From Candidatus Undivivens industriae (GTDB lineage Bacteria; Omnitrophota; Gorgyraeia; Gygaellales; Profunditerraquicolaceae): 64,000 nucleotides of DNA. The translations under genes were made by a program, and so were the position numbers. Positions 10,090 to 19,819 of the stretch are shown in pieces (within the stretch, counting starts at the first letter, position 1; every line of letters begins with the position of its first letter). Below the pieces are notes generated by a model, which ran no database searches, had not been told where the DNA came from, and saw only the letters and a list, made by a program, of their open reading frames with translations. Location of the stretch: contig JAAYZR010000009.1 of assembly GCA_012514745.1 (NCBI GenBank), forward strand, positions 10,045 through 74,044. The letters are read 5' to 3'.

Positions 10090-10857
10090 ATGAACAAAGA
10101 TGAGATTCCCATTTTATTCATCGGCCAGTGCAAGAGCGGAAGCAACACGCTTTTCGAAAAGATCGCCGCCGTGGAGGGATTTGTTGGCGGGCAAGTGCGC
10201 AGGGCTTCTTACCGGGCAAGGCGGGAATTGGGAGATTATTATTCCAACTGGCCGGATGAGAAGATAAACGAAAAGACCAGATTTCTGCTCGATAAGACCA
10301 TGATCGCCCCGAGTATCTTCGATTACCGCATCGGCCGTTTCCCCGAGAAAAACAAGATGATATACCAGATCAGAGACCCCTACAAAACGCTCAAATCGCA
10401 GTTCCTTTTCGCCATCGCAGGGGAGACCTGCTGGCGGGTCGGCCGTGAAGTAAGGCCCATCAAGAAAGACCGCGAAAATTATTCTTTTGATGACGTCTGC
10501 GCTGTGATCGAATGGAACCTTGAAAAGGTCACGCATTACCAGAACATCAACTATATTTTGGAGAATCATATCTTCAAGAGAGAGAATATTCTGTTTACTA
10601 CTCTGGAAAATATGAGGACAGGGGAAGATTTGAAACGCGTCGAGAAGTTCCTGGAGATCAAATTCGCCGATTACGATTATCCGTTGACCCAGGAAGGTAT
10701 CGCGCGCTATGAAAAGCTTCAGGAATACGCGGACTGGGAGGGGGTTTTCGATTCCTTTTCAGAAAAAGTCAACTCCAGGTACGTGGTCAGGGAGGATTAC
10801 GAGAAATTATCTAAGATCGTGGGATTCGATCTTGTAAAGATGTACAACATAACTTGA
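10090..10857 (+). CDS. Sulfotransferase-family protein
   Basis: FIGQCKSGSNTL resembles PAPS 5'-PSB loop; RDPYKTLKSQ resembles 3'-PB motif. Confidence 0.65.
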   Translation: MNKDEIPILFIGQCKSGSNTLFEKIAAVEGFVGGQVRRASYRARRELGDYYSNWPDEKINEKTRFLLDKTMIAPSIFDYRIGRFPEKNKMIYQIRDPYKTLKSQFLFAIAGETCWRVGREVRPIKKDRENYSFDDVCAVIEWNLEKVTHYQNINYILENHIFKRENILFTTLENMRTGEDLKRVEKFLEIKFADYDYPLTQEGIARYEKLQEYADWEGVFDSFSEKVNSRYVVREDYEKLSKIVGFDLVKMYNIT

Positions 10858-12035
10858 GAATGATCTATTTCGACCATAATTCAACGACCCCCGTTCATCC
10901 GAAAGCCCTGGAAGAGATGCTGCCGTTCTTGAAGGAAGAATGGGGAAATCCCTCCAGCCGGCATGAAATGGGATACCGCGCCAGGGACGCGGTTGAGACC
11001 GCGCGGGAAAGGGCCGCCCGCCTTATCAATGCCGATAAAAAACAGATTATATTCACCGGCAGCGGCACTGAAGCGAATAATCTTATCTTCAACAGCATTG
11101 TCCGGCAAAACCGGCCGGAAGAAGGGCAGATCATCATTTCGGCAGTGGAACATCCTTCGGTATTGGAAACCGCAGTCTATTTCGAGTCTCAAGGATATAA
11201 AATAACCAAAGTCGGGGTTGATAGGTCAGGAGTTATCCTGCTGGATGACCTGCGGCAGGCGCTGGAAGAGAAGACCGTTTTTATTTCGATTATGCACGCC
11301 AATAACGAAACCGGCAGCATTCAGCCGATCGCAGAAATCGCGCGCCTGGCGGAAAAACGCAATGTTTTCCTTCATACCGACGCCGTTCAGTCGGCCGGCA
11401 AGATTCCGCTGGACGTCTCAAGAATCAGGATCGGCGCACTGACCTTTTCCGCACATAAGATAAACGGTCCGAAAGGTGCGGGGGCGTTGTTTATCAGTGA
11501 CCCGTTGAAACTCACTCCGCAGATTTTCGGGGGAGGCCAGGAAAACGGCAAACGTTCCGGGACCGAAAACGTTGCCGGGATTGCCGGGTTCGGTAAAGCC
11601 GCGGAACTCGCGCGGGGGAATTTGGAAAAGTTCAAGCGGATAGAACGTTTGAGGGATCTGCTCGAAGACGGCATTGTTCGGCAGGTTGAGAATTGCCGGG
11701 TTAATGCGGCGGGCGCGGCGCGTATCCAGAATACCTCCAGCATTTCATTCTATTTTACGGAAGGTGACGCGCTTGCCGCCGCCTTGAACGAAGCCGGGCT
11801 GGCGGTTTCTACCGGCTCGGCGTGCTCCTCGAGAGAATTCAAGTATTCCCATGTTTTACCGGCAATGGGCCAGCCGGCTGAATATTACCAGGGCGCGATC
11901 AGGTTCTCGCTCGGATTGGAGAATACCGGGGAAGAGGTTGAGAGGGCGGTCGAGATAGTCAAGAAAACTGTCGGGCAGGTGAGGGCGGTATCGGCGTTAT
12001 ACTGGGATCTGGCTAACAAGCGGGAGAAAGGTTGA
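10854..12035 (+). CDS. Cysteine desulfurase (NifS/IscS family)
   Basis: YFDHNSTTP, EHPSV, HTDAVQ, SAHKINGPKG, RSGTENV, STGSACSS. Confidence 0.93.
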   Translation: MRMIYFDHNSTTPVHPKALEEMLPFLKEEWGNPSSRHEMGYRARDAVETARERAARLINADKKQIIFTGSGTEANNLIFNSIVRQNRPEEGQIIISAVEHPSVLETAVYFESQGYKITKVGVDRSGVILLDDLRQALEEKTVFISIMHANNETGSIQPIAEIARLAEKRNVFLHTDAVQSAGKIPLDVSRIRIGALTFSAHKINGPKGAGALFISDPLKLTPQIFGGGQENGKRSGTENVAGIAGFGKAAELARGNLEKFKRIERLRDLLEDGIVRQVENCRVNAAGAARIQNTSSISFYFTEGDALAAALNEAGLAVSTGSACSSREFKYSHVLPAMGQPAEYYQGAIRFSLGLENTGEEVERAVEIVKKTVGQVRAVSALYWDLANKREKG

Positions 12036-12592
12036 AGATGTCCGATAGAAACGGGCTTGTCATTGTCTTTACCGGATTGTCGGGTTCCGGAAAAACCACC
12101 GTGGCGCAGGCTTTGAAAAAGGAGTTTGACCGGCTGGGCCGGTTATCGTTCGTTTTGGACGGAGATGAACTAAGGTGCTTTGCTCCCGAGATAGGATATT
12201 CGCGGGACGACCGGATAAAGAGCGCTAGGTTAAAGATGAGCTACGCCAAAATCCTTTATGAGGCGGGGGTTATCCCTATCTGCGCCTTTATCCTTGGTTT
12301 CCGGGAGCAACGGGAATACGCGCGTTCTCTTTTTGATGAAGCCCATTATCTTGAATGTTATTTAAGGTGCCCGGCGGAGGTCTGCGCGCGCAGGGACCCC
12401 AAGGGCATCTACCGGAAAGCCGCTTCCAAAGAAATAAATAACGTGGTGGGAATAGATCTGGAATATGAGGAGCCTGTCGATTCTTCGCTGGTGATTGATA
12501 CGGATAAAGTGTCCGCCGGGGAAGCGGCGGCAGTCATTATAAAGCATATCGAAGAGAAAAGGATGTTGGATCGCGGTCAAGGGAAGTTGTGA
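12032..12592 (+). CDS. cysC: Adenylyl-sulfate kinase
   Basis: GLSGSGKTT, LDGDELR, RDPKGIY, YEEP. Confidence 0.9.
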   Translation: MKMSDRNGLVIVFTGLSGSGKTTVAQALKKEFDRLGRLSFVLDGDELRCFAPEIGYSRDDRIKSARLKMSYAKILYEAGVIPICAFILGFREQREYARSLFDEAHYLECYLRCPAEVCARRDPKGIYRKAASKEINNVVGIDLEYEEPVDSSLVIDTDKVSAGEAAAVIIKHIEEKRMLDRGQGKL

Positions 12593-13146
12593 AGAAATAT
12601 AACAACGGGTTGATAGTCGGCAGGTTTCAGCCGTTTCATCTGGAGCATCTGCGTCTGGCGGTTGCTGCCGCCGGCAGGGTAAAGCATCTTTGGGTCGGCA
12701 TCACCCGTCCTTTCGGGAAATGTATCCCGGAGATCGGCGGAGCACGGGCCGTCGATGGCGCCAATCCGTTGCCTTACTGGCTGCGCTATCAATGCGTCGA
12801 GTGCGCGTTAATAAACGACGCCGGTTTTTCGCCAACTTCATTTTCCATCCTCCCGGTCCCTTTGGTAAAGGAGATCATCAAGCAGATCGTTCCCCGCGGC
12901 ACCGTTTTCCTGACCACCATAATGGAACAATGGGGGGTGGAGAAGGAGGAACTCTTCCGTAAATCCGGGTTAGAAACCATCAGAATGGATCTCGGCGCTA
13001 AAACCATCTCCGGAACCATGATCCGGGACAAGATCGCCGGCAGAGACCAGTCCTGGAAAGATTTCGTCCCAAAGCATATGCGCGAACGATACGCCTCCGT
13101 GATCGAAACCTACGTCCTTAATTCCGGGGACATAATACTTAATTAA
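12589..13146 (+). CDS. HIGH-superfamily nucleotidyltransferase (NMN adenylyltransferase-like)
   Basis: GRFQPFHLEH, ANPL, ISGTMIR motifs. Confidence 0.8.
   Translation: MKKYNNGLIVGRFQPFHLEHLRLAVAAAGRVKHLWVGITRPFGKCIPEIGGARAVDGANPLPYWLRYQCVECALINDAGFSPTSFSILPVPLVKEIIKQIVPRGTVFLTTIMEQWGVEKEELFRKSGLETIRMDLGAKTISGTMIRDKIAGRDQSWKDFVPKHMRERYASVIETYVLNSGDIILN
13122..13144 (+). repeat. TCCGGGGACA(C/T)AATACTTAATT dispersed motif, copy 1
   Basis: Near-identical copies at 13837, 20652, 42663; encodes the gene's last codons. Confidence 0.85.
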
Positions 13147-13166
13147 CGGGCAAAGCGCTCCAGCGC

Positions 13167-13856
13167 ATGATAAAAATAGCTTATAAAGATATCCTTTTAT
13201 TGATAAACGGGCTTTCTTCCGTGCAAGCGGGGGCGGCGTTGCGCACAAGAGACGTTTTGACCTTCAATTCTATCGCGGTTGTCGGCTCAAGCTGCGCCGG
13301 CAAGACGACCATGCTTCGTAGAATCAAAGGTTCTCCGCTCTCCCAAAGAGCCCAAATATCCATTCCTGTCAGATACACCACCAGGCCGGGAAGAATGAAC
13401 GACGCTTCCGGAGAGAATTTCCATCTTTCGCGGACCGCTTTTGCAAAAAAAATCAGGCGGGGGGAGATCGTTTTTTACTGGAGAAAACGGATGGACGCGC
13501 GTTCCGAGGAACTGTTCGGTTTCGGGCCGCCAGTTCCCGGCGTTATCCCGATATATTCAGGCAACAACGGCCTGCTTTTTAACCGCAAGACCGTCCATCC
13601 TAAAAGCGCCTTGAACACGACTTTATTTATCGGAATCTATGCCCCGGACGAGATAAGACGGAAACGTTTGCTTCGGCGGAGCCCGGATTTAGCCAGCAAT
13701 AAACCGGCTGAATTGAAATACCGCCTGGAAGACGGCGCGGAAAAGGTGTTGAGCCGGGTTCCTATAGTTATCAATAACCACGGCCCCTTTATGCGGCGCT
13801 CGGGGCAGGATGTGGTGAAATTGTTGACGAGGATTATCCGGGGACACAATACTTAA
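13167..13856 (+). CDS. Guanylate kinase/PhnN-like P-loop kinase
   Basis: GSSCAGKTT, RYTTRPGRMND..ENFH. Confidence 0.7.
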   Translation: MIKIAYKDILLLINGLSSVQAGAALRTRDVLTFNSIAVVGSSCAGKTTMLRRIKGSPLSQRAQISIPVRYTTRPGRMNDASGENFHLSRTAFAKKIRRGEIVFYWRKRMDARSEELFGFGPPVPGVIPIYSGNNGLLFNRKTVHPKSALNTTLFIGIYAPDEIRRKRLLRRSPDLASNKPAELKYRLEDGAEKVLSRVPIVINNHGPFMRRSGQDVVKLLTRIIRGHNT

Positions 13857-13858
13857 TT
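13837..13858 (+). repeat. TCCGGGGACACAATACTTAATT dispersed motif, copy 2
   Basis: Identical to 42664-42685; supplies RGHNT* C-terminus. Confidence 0.85.
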
Positions 13859-13935
13859 ATTGGCAGCCGGCCTCCGGTTGTCGGCAGAAGGCTTGTGGTG
13901 ATTGATACGGCCGTACTTTTCCATTCATAAATACA

Positions 13936-14259
13936 ATGCCGCGAAAATTTAAGCGCAAAGGCAGGTTCTGGGTTTATATTGTGCGGTGTAAGGACGGAAC
14001 GTATTACACCGGAAGCACGAGTAATTTAAAGCGCAGGATAGGCGAGCATAATGAAAGCAAGAAGGGAGCGAGGTATACCAGATATAAAAGGCCGGTAAAG
14101 TTGGTATGGCGGCTGGAGTACCGGCAGTTCAAATCTGCTTTTAAGCTCGAGATGAGAATCAAGAAATTAACGCGTTTGAAAAAAGAGATGCTGATCCGGG
14201 GGAGACGTCTGGACAGGGTATTGGCGGGGAAAAGAAGATGCGCAAAGAAGAGATGCTAA
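13936..14259 (+). CDS. GIY-YIG nuclease family protein (UPF0213-like)
   Basis: WVYIVRC..YYTGST..RRIGEHN, GARYTR, E.RIKKL. Confidence 0.9.
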   Translation: MPRKFKRKGRFWVYIVRCKDGTYYTGSTSNLKRRIGEHNESKKGARYTRYKRPVKLVWRLEYRQFKSAFKLEMRIKKLTRLKKEMLIRGRRLDRVLAGKRRCAKKRC

Positions 14260-14278
14260 GGGAAGTATTGAGGATATT

Positions 14279-14345
14279 ATGACAGAACGCGAAAAAATGG
14301 CAGCCGGCGAGCCTTATAATGCCGGCGATCCAGAACTGGTTAGCT
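14279..14345 (+). pseudogene. N-terminal fragment of maltose/sugar O-acetyltransferase
   Basis: MTEREKMAAGEPYNAGDPELV matches the Maa/LacA N-terminus, but no hexapeptide repeats follow. Confidence 0.6.
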
Positions 14346-14500
14346 TGATTAAACCGCTCCTGTCCGGGATTACCCGGCCAGTTTTACATTCATCCTGGAA
14401 TACATTCAGCCAAGGCGGCCGGCGGCCAGAGGCGCGCTCAATAAGTATTGGGCGTTCGGGCCTCTTGTGGTAAAATAAAATAACTTACTTCAAAGAGCTT

Positions 14501-15313
14501 ATGATACGATCGATTCAGTGTTTACATCCTCTTTTTCAGGCGTTGATCGCGGGTATCTTCACGTGGGCTTTGACCGCGGTCGGCGCGTCGCTTGTTTTCG
14601 CGGCGAAGGAATTCAGCCAAAAGATATTCGATGCCATGCTGGGTTTTGCCGCCGGAATGATGCTCGCCGCAAGTTTCTGGTCGCTTTTAGCTCCCGCCAT
14701 CGAGATGTCGGCAAGCTGCGGAATGATCCCGTGGGTTCCCGCCGCCTTCGGCTTTCTGCTCGGGACAATTTTTCTGCGTCTAATCGATAAATCCTTACCG
14801 CATTTGCACCTTGGTTTTCCGAATAATGAGGCCGAAGGCGTGAAAACATCATGGCATCGCAGTGTTTTGCTTGTTCTGGCGATAACCCTTCACAATATTC
14901 CGGAAGGGCTCGCGGTGGGTGTTGCGATAGGAGCTGCCGCTTCTGGTCTGCCTGGCGCCTCCGGTACCGCCGCTATGGCTCTGGCGTTGGGGATCGGAAT
15001 CCAGAATATTCCCGAGGGTTTTGCCGTGTCGGTTTCTTTGCGCCGGGAGAGGATGTCAAGACTAAAGAGTTTTTGGTATGGCCAACTTTCAGCGATAGTC
15101 GAACCGGTTGCGGCTGTCCTGGGAGCGGCAGCTGTAATATGGGCTAAACCCTTATTGCCATATGCGCTGGGGTTCGCGGCAGGGGCGATGATCTTTGTCG
15201 TTGTCGAAGAGGTAATTCCGGAATCGCAGCGCAATGGCCATACGGATTTAGCTACGGCAGGAACTATCATCGGTTTCTTGGCTATGATGATACTGGATGT
15301 GGCTTTTAGCTGA
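14501..15313 (+). CDS. ZIP family metal transporter (GufA-like)
   Basis: LHNIPEG, IQNIPEG, EVIPES. Confidence 0.92.
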   Translation: MIRSIQCLHPLFQALIAGIFTWALTAVGASLVFAAKEFSQKIFDAMLGFAAGMMLAASFWSLLAPAIEMSASCGMIPWVPAAFGFLLGTIFLRLIDKSLPHLHLGFPNNEAEGVKTSWHRSVLLVLAITLHNIPEGLAVGVAIGAAASGLPGASGTAAMALALGIGIQNIPEGFAVSVSLRRERMSRLKSFWYGQLSAIVEPVAAVLGAAAVIWAKPLLPYALGFAAGAMIFVVVEEVIPESQRNGHTDLATAGTIIGFLAMMILDVAFS

Positions 15314-15342
15314 TCAAGAAGCTGAAATAACCTGTTCGAGTG

Positions 15343-15451
15343 GAGCCCCGCGGGCTTAACAGCGGTGAGTACTTTCCCACAAGGGAACACTTGCCCAATT
15401 CCGCTAAGGGCAATGTGCTATCCCGACCGGGTTAAAATCCGGGATTTCTGG
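15343..15451 (-). repeat. Palindromic MITE/REP-like element
   Basis: Reverse complement closely matches 22465-22596 (GAATTGGGCAAGTGTTCCCTTGTGGGAAAGTA identical). Confidence 0.8.
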
Positions 15452-15479
15452 GAGAGGGAATTAAAAAGGAGGAGATAAA

Positions 15480-15959
15480 ATGGGAACAAAAGGAAAAGCT
15501 ATTGTAGAAGTGGATGTTAAAAAACTGCTGGAGATGTTGAATAAGGCATACGCGGACGAATGGCTGGCCTATTATCAATACTGGGTAGGCTCCAAAGTCG
15601 CCTGCGGCAGGATGAGGGGGATCATTGCCGGTGAATTAGCCGAACACGCGGCGGAAGAATTAAAGCACGCCGAGATGCTGACGAAAAGGATCATCACCCT
15701 GGGAGGTACTCCTCTATTAACACCTGAAGATCTGCTGAAAGAGACCAATTGCGGTTACGACGCGCCAAGCGATCCCGATACCATAAAACTCCTGAAACAA
15801 AACATCAAGGGCGAGCAGTGTGCGATTGAGACCTATAAGAAGCTCTTGGATTTTGTGAAAGACAATGACCCGATAACTTATCGCATCATTCTTGAAATTC
15901 TTGAGGATGAGGTTGAACATGAAGAGGATCTGGAGTCTCTTCTTTCAGACATGAAATAA
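15480..15959 (+). CDS. Ferritin-like (DPS-like) protein
   Basis: ADEWLAYYQYW, EELKH, EQCAI, DEVEHEED diiron ligands; strong RBS. Confidence 0.9.
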   Translation: MGTKGKAIVEVDVKKLLEMLNKAYADEWLAYYQYWVGSKVACGRMRGIIAGELAEHAAEELKHAEMLTKRIITLGGTPLLTPEDLLKETNCGYDAPSDPDTIKLLKQNIKGEQCAIETYKKLLDFVKDNDPITYRIILEILEDEVEHEEDLESLLSDMK

Positions 15960-15981
15960 TAGTTAACGGTGAATTGCCTGG

Positions 15982-16014
15982 AAGGACCGTTTATCTATTC
16001 AAACGGCCTTTTTT
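15982..16014 (+). terminator. Rho-independent terminator
   Basis: AAGGACCGTTT/AAACGGCCTT stem followed by T-run. Confidence 0.65.
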
Positions 16015-16093
16015 GATTGTTACAAAAGTTTCTGATAGTCGAGAGTCTAAGAGAAAAAATAAAGAGGTTCTCCTATGGATATAGCGAGAGATA

Positions 16094-17212
16094 ATGTCCG
16101 GAGGACGGATGGGCAGGTTATTTAATCAAGATGCAAGAAACCCCGGCTTGGAAGTCGGGGTTTCTTGCGCCCATAGGATAGCTAAGTATTCGCTTGTGCG
16201 ATATACCTTAGCCAATTGGAAGGCCAAGTATTCGCTTGTGCGATATACCTTGGCCAATTGGAAGGCCAAGTATTCGCTTGTGCGATACCTTCATGGAAAG
16301 CAGAAAATCGGCATACTATATGTCGCCATAGGCGCGTTCATGATAAGTTTCTCGTCGGTATTCGTGAAACTTGCCCATGTCCAGCCGACGGTTATAGGTT
16401 TTTACAGAATGCTTTTCGGAGGTATCGTTCTTTTCGCCATAACAAAGTCAATGAGAGGCCGATTGTGGCAAGGCCGGCGGCATTTCGTTTTAGCGCTTTC
16501 CTGCGGGCTCATTTTTAGTCTGGACCTTATTTTATGGCACAGGAGTATTTTGTATATCGGCCCCGGGCTGGCCACACTTTTATCCAGCTTGCAGGTTTTT
16601 TTCCTCGCGGGCTTCAGTATCCTGATCTTGAAGGAAAAAATTACATTAAAGTCGGTATTTTCCGTTCTACTGGCCGTAGCAGGATTATTCATGATCTTCG
16701 GCATAGATTGGCACGTTTTGGATTCTCTGCATAAGCTCGGCATTTTCTTTGGATTGGTCACGGCCGCGTGTTATGCCGCTTATTTGCTTTTATTGCGCAG
16801 GATTGTTTCTAAAAAAGGGACGTTTTTAGTCAATAACCTGGCGACGCTTACTTTGATCACGATCACAAATATGTTCATAATGGGGATCGCGTCGGTTTTA
16901 TTCAAAGAAAGTTTTAGTATTCCCGATACTCAAAGCTGGTTGGCATTGCTAGGGTACGGTATTTTCCCGCAGGTTTTAGCCTGGATATTTATTTCAGCGG
17001 GACTTTCCCGGATATCTCCGCTGCACGCGGGTTTGATATTGATTTTACAACCGGTTCTGGCTTTTGTCTGGGACATCATATTTTTTGCCCGTTACACGCC
17101 GTTTCTGGAAATTCTCGGGGTTGTCGTATCGCTATCCGGGATATATGCCGGCACCGTCCAAAGCGGCGCGTATCATAAGAAAAATAGCGACGAAATGAGG
17201 GCGCAGATATGA
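16094..17212 (+). CDS. DMT/EamA family transporter (N-terminus repeat-derived; true start uncertain)
   Basis: Two EamA-like halves, ~10 TM helices, LQPV motif. Confidence 0.85.
   Translation: MSGGRMGRLFNQDARNPGLEVGVSCAHRIAKYSLVRYTLANWKAKYSLVRYTLANWKAKYSLVRYLHGKQKIGILYVAIGAFMISFSSVFVKLAHVQPTVIGFYRMLFGGIVLFAITKSMRGRLWQGRRHFVLALSCGLIFSLDLILWHRSILYIGPGLATLLSSLQVFFLAGFSILILKEKITLKSVFSVLLAVAGLFMIFGIDWHVLDSLHKLGIFFGLVTAACYAAYLLLLRRIVSKKGTFLVNNLATLTLITITNMFIMGIASVLFKESFSIPDTQSWLALLGYGIFPQVLAWIFISAGLSRISPLHAGLILILQPVLAFVWDIIFFARYTPFLEILGVVVSLSGIYAGTVQSGAYHKKNSDEMRAQI
16184..16288 (+). repeat. 42-bp tandem repeat x2.5
   Basis: AAGTATTCGCTTGTGCGATATACCTT(A/G)GCCAATTGGAAGGCC, preceded by a hairpin at ~16133-16168. 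Confidence 0.9.
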
Positions 17213-17541
17213 GAAAGTCCAGTTTAGATAAAATGATACGGGGTTGGTTCATAGGTAATTTCCCCAGAGCGGTTTATAGGACTACGGAATTCGAGGTCGC
17301 CGTAAAAAGTGAAAAAGCGGGCGCCCGCGTAAATAAACACTTTCATAAAGTCGCCAGCGAGATAACCCTGGTGGTCAAAGGTATTATACTTTTTAATAAC
17401 AAAAGATTCGCTGAAGGAGATATAATCGTGATCGCTCCCGGCGAGGCGGTTGATTACAGAGTTGTCAAAGACGCGGTCACGGTTATTGTCAAGGTGCCTT
17501 CGGTACAAAAAGATAAATACTATACGGAGCGGGGAAAGTGA
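17209..17541 (+). CDS. Cupin-fold protein
   Basis: GWFIGNF, HFHK..EIT, PGE. Confidence 0.7.
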   Translation: MRKSSLDKMIRGWFIGNFPRAVYRTTEFEVAVKSEKAGARVNKHFHKVASEITLVVKGIILFNNKRFAEGDIIVIAPGEAVDYRVVKDAVTVIVKVPSVQKDKYYTERGK

Positions 17542-18584
17542 AAAAAAGAAAGAAGATATTTATTTTAGGGATAAACGGTTTTATAGGGAATATGATCGCT
17601 GAAAGACTTCTTAAGAAAGGGGATTATGAAGTTTCCGGGGTCGATTTACGTTCTTTCAATATCGGCCGCCTTCTTCCGTATAAAAACTTTCATTTTAAGC
17701 AGGGGGATATACGGACCCATCGACGCTGGGTCGAAAAAGAGATTGCGGCCAGCGATCAGATATTACCTCTTGCGGCGCTGGTTACGCCGATAGATTATGT
17801 GCGCAGGCCGCTTTCGGTCTTCGAGGTGGATTTTGAGGAGAATGTAAAGATAGTGCGATATTGTGCCAAGTATGGGAAACGGCTTATTTTTCCTTCAACG
17901 TCGGAAGTTTACGGGATGTGCTGGGATGAAGAATTTGACGAGAATAACTCTTCATTTGTGCTTGGCCCGACCAGGATGCAGCGTTGGATTTACTCATGCT
18001 GCAAACAGTTATTGGAAAGGGTCATTTGGGCTTATGGAAAACAAGAGAATTTGCAATTTACGCTTTTTCGGCCGTTCAATTGGATAGGCCCTCGTTTGGA
18101 CAGCCTGGAGTCCGCCAGAAAGAGAAGCTCGCGCGTAGTGACTCAACTTATTTTGAGCCTGGTGCAGGGAAGGCCCATTTTGCTGGTTGACGGCGGCAAA
18201 CAAAAGCGGTGTTTTACCGATGTATCTGACGGTATAGATTGTTTGTTCAGGATCATAGAGAATAAAAATAATGTCTGCGACGGCAAGATATTCAATATCG
18301 GCAATCCCGATAACGAATTTACCGTCAAGGAATTGGCGCGAATGCTTATGGAAAAATTCAAACGCCATCCTTTATACGGCAAATTCCCTAAAATCGCCGG
18401 TGTGAAAGATATTAAAGGCAGTTCTTTTTATGGGGAAGGTTATCAGGACGTTCTCCATCGAAAACCCCGCATTCATAACGCTCGAAAGCTTCTGGGATGG
18501 AGGCCTTCCGTGAAGCTGTCGGATTCTTTAAGCCGAACATTGGACTATTTTTTACGGCAGGCGGCCGAAAAAGGGCAAGGGTAA
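17538..18584 (+). CDS. arnA: UDP-glucuronate decarboxylase/dehydrogenase (stand-alone ArnA C-terminal domain)
   Basis: [41 protein letters not shown]. Confidence 0.85.
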   Translation: MKKRKKIFILGINGFIGNMIAERLLKKGDYEVSGVDLRSFNIGRLLPYKNFHFKQGDIRTHRRWVEKEIAASDQILPLAALVTPIDYVRRPLSVFEVDFEENVKIVRYCAKYGKRLIFPSTSEVYGMCWDEEFDENNSSFVLGPTRMQRWIYSCCKQLLERVIWAYGKQENLQFTLFRPFNWIGPRLDSLESARKRSSRVVTQLILSLVQGRPILLVDGGKQKRCFTDVSDGIDCLFRIIENKNNVCDGKIFNIGNPDNEFTVKELARMLMEKFKRHPLYGKFPKIAGVKDIKGSSFYGEGYQDVLHRKPRIHNARKLLGWRPSVKLSDSLSRTLDYFLRQAAEKGQG

Positions 18585-18585
18585 G

Positions 18586-19737
18586 ATGAAGATAGACTTT
18601 TTTAAGCATAATATCGGGACTAAAGAAAAAAGAGACCTCTGCAAAGTATTAGACTCGATTTTTCTTACCACCGGGGACGCTGTCAGGGAGTTCGAAAAAA
18701 GGTTCTCCAAATATATTGACTGTAAATACACAATCGGGTTAATGAGCTGCACCTCGGCGCTGCATTTATCCATGCTCGCTTACGGGATCGGACCGGGCGA
18801 TGAGGTTATTACAACTCCTATGACTTTTGTCGCGACCGCCGCTTCCATAATGCATGCCGGGGCTAAACCGGTTTTCGTCGATGTTGAGCCTGCGACGGGG
18901 AATTTAAACGCGGATTTGATTGAGGAGGCCGTTACAAACAGGACTAAAGCCATTTTACCGGTCCATCTTTACGGAAATATGTGCGATATGAGGGAAATAA
19001 GACGTATCGCCAAGAAATATGGTCTTATCGTCATAGAAGACGCGGCGCATGCCATCGAAGCTCAAAGAGACGGATATAAGGCGGGTGAATTGGCAGATGC
19101 GGTATGTTTCAGTTTTTACGCGACCAAAAGTATTACCTGCGGAGAAGGCGGAGCAGTCTCGTTGAATGACAAAGAAAAATCCGGTTTAATAAGAAAACTC
19201 AGTTTGCACGGTCTAACCAGAGGGGCCGCCGATAGATACGTAGGTAAATATAGACATTGGGAAATGAATATGTTGGGCTGGAAATGTAATATGTCGAATA
19301 TACAGGCCTCGTTGCTATTGAATCAGCTCGCGAATATAGAAAAATACAGGGCAAAGAGAGAAAAGATCGCAAGAAGGTATGAAGAGGCTTTCTCGGATGT
19401 AAAAGGGATGAACTTTCCCAAGGTGCCGAAAAACAGCAAGAGCGGCCGGCATTTATTCACGATATGGGTGGATCCCAGGGAACGAGACGAGGCCCTGCAT
19501 TATCTTCAGACAAAAGGGATCGGCGCCGCCGTGAATTATCGGGCTATTCATACGCTGGATTATTTTAAAAAGGTATTGGGTTATCATATCGGAGATTTTC
19601 CGGTTGCGGAAATGATAGGCGATTCCACAATATCCCTGCCTCTATACCCGAAGTTAAGTGTTAAGGAAACGGATTATATTATAAAATCAGTCAGGCAAAT
19701 GAAGTTAAGTCATACGCGCTTCGGAATAACACCTTAA
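18586..19737 (+). CDS. DegT/DnrJ/ArnB-type sugar aminotransferase
   Basis: SCTSALH, EDAAHA, SFYATKSITCGEGG, SLPLYP. Confidence 0.9.
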   Translation: MKIDFFKHNIGTKEKRDLCKVLDSIFLTTGDAVREFEKRFSKYIDCKYTIGLMSCTSALHLSMLAYGIGPGDEVITTPMTFVATAASIMHAGAKPVFVDVEPATGNLNADLIEEAVTNRTKAILPVHLYGNMCDMREIRRIAKKYGLIVIEDAAHAIEAQRDGYKAGELADAVCFSFYATKSITCGEGGAVSLNDKEKSGLIRKLSLHGLTRGAADRYVGKYRHWEMNMLGWKCNMSNIQASLLLNQLANIEKYRAKREKIARRYEEAFSDVKGMNFPKVPKNSKSGRHLFTIWVDPRERDEALHYLQTKGIGAAVNYRAIHTLDYFKKVLGYHIGDFPVAEMIGDSTISLPLYPKLSVKETDYIIKSVRQMKLSHTRFGITP

Positions 19738-19819
19738 ATGCGAAGAACAACAAAAACCAACGTAATTTCGCCATATATTGTGCCCGGCAAGATCGCCGAG
19801 AGAGAAATGAGGAAGAAAA

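Noticed and set aside
10854-12592. Dnd/Ssp DNA phosphorothioation system
   Set aside because: Desulfurase present but no DndC/SspD PAPS-reductase-like or DndD/SspC ATPase genes.
16184-16288. Possible CRISPR array
   Set aside because: Whole 42-bp unit repeats with no unique spacers; no cas genes.
19701-19716. CATACGCGCTTCGGA as a third miaB scar
   Set aside because: Short gapped match inside the aminotransferase 3' end, without MiaB-like upstream codons or a Cys/Trp codon.
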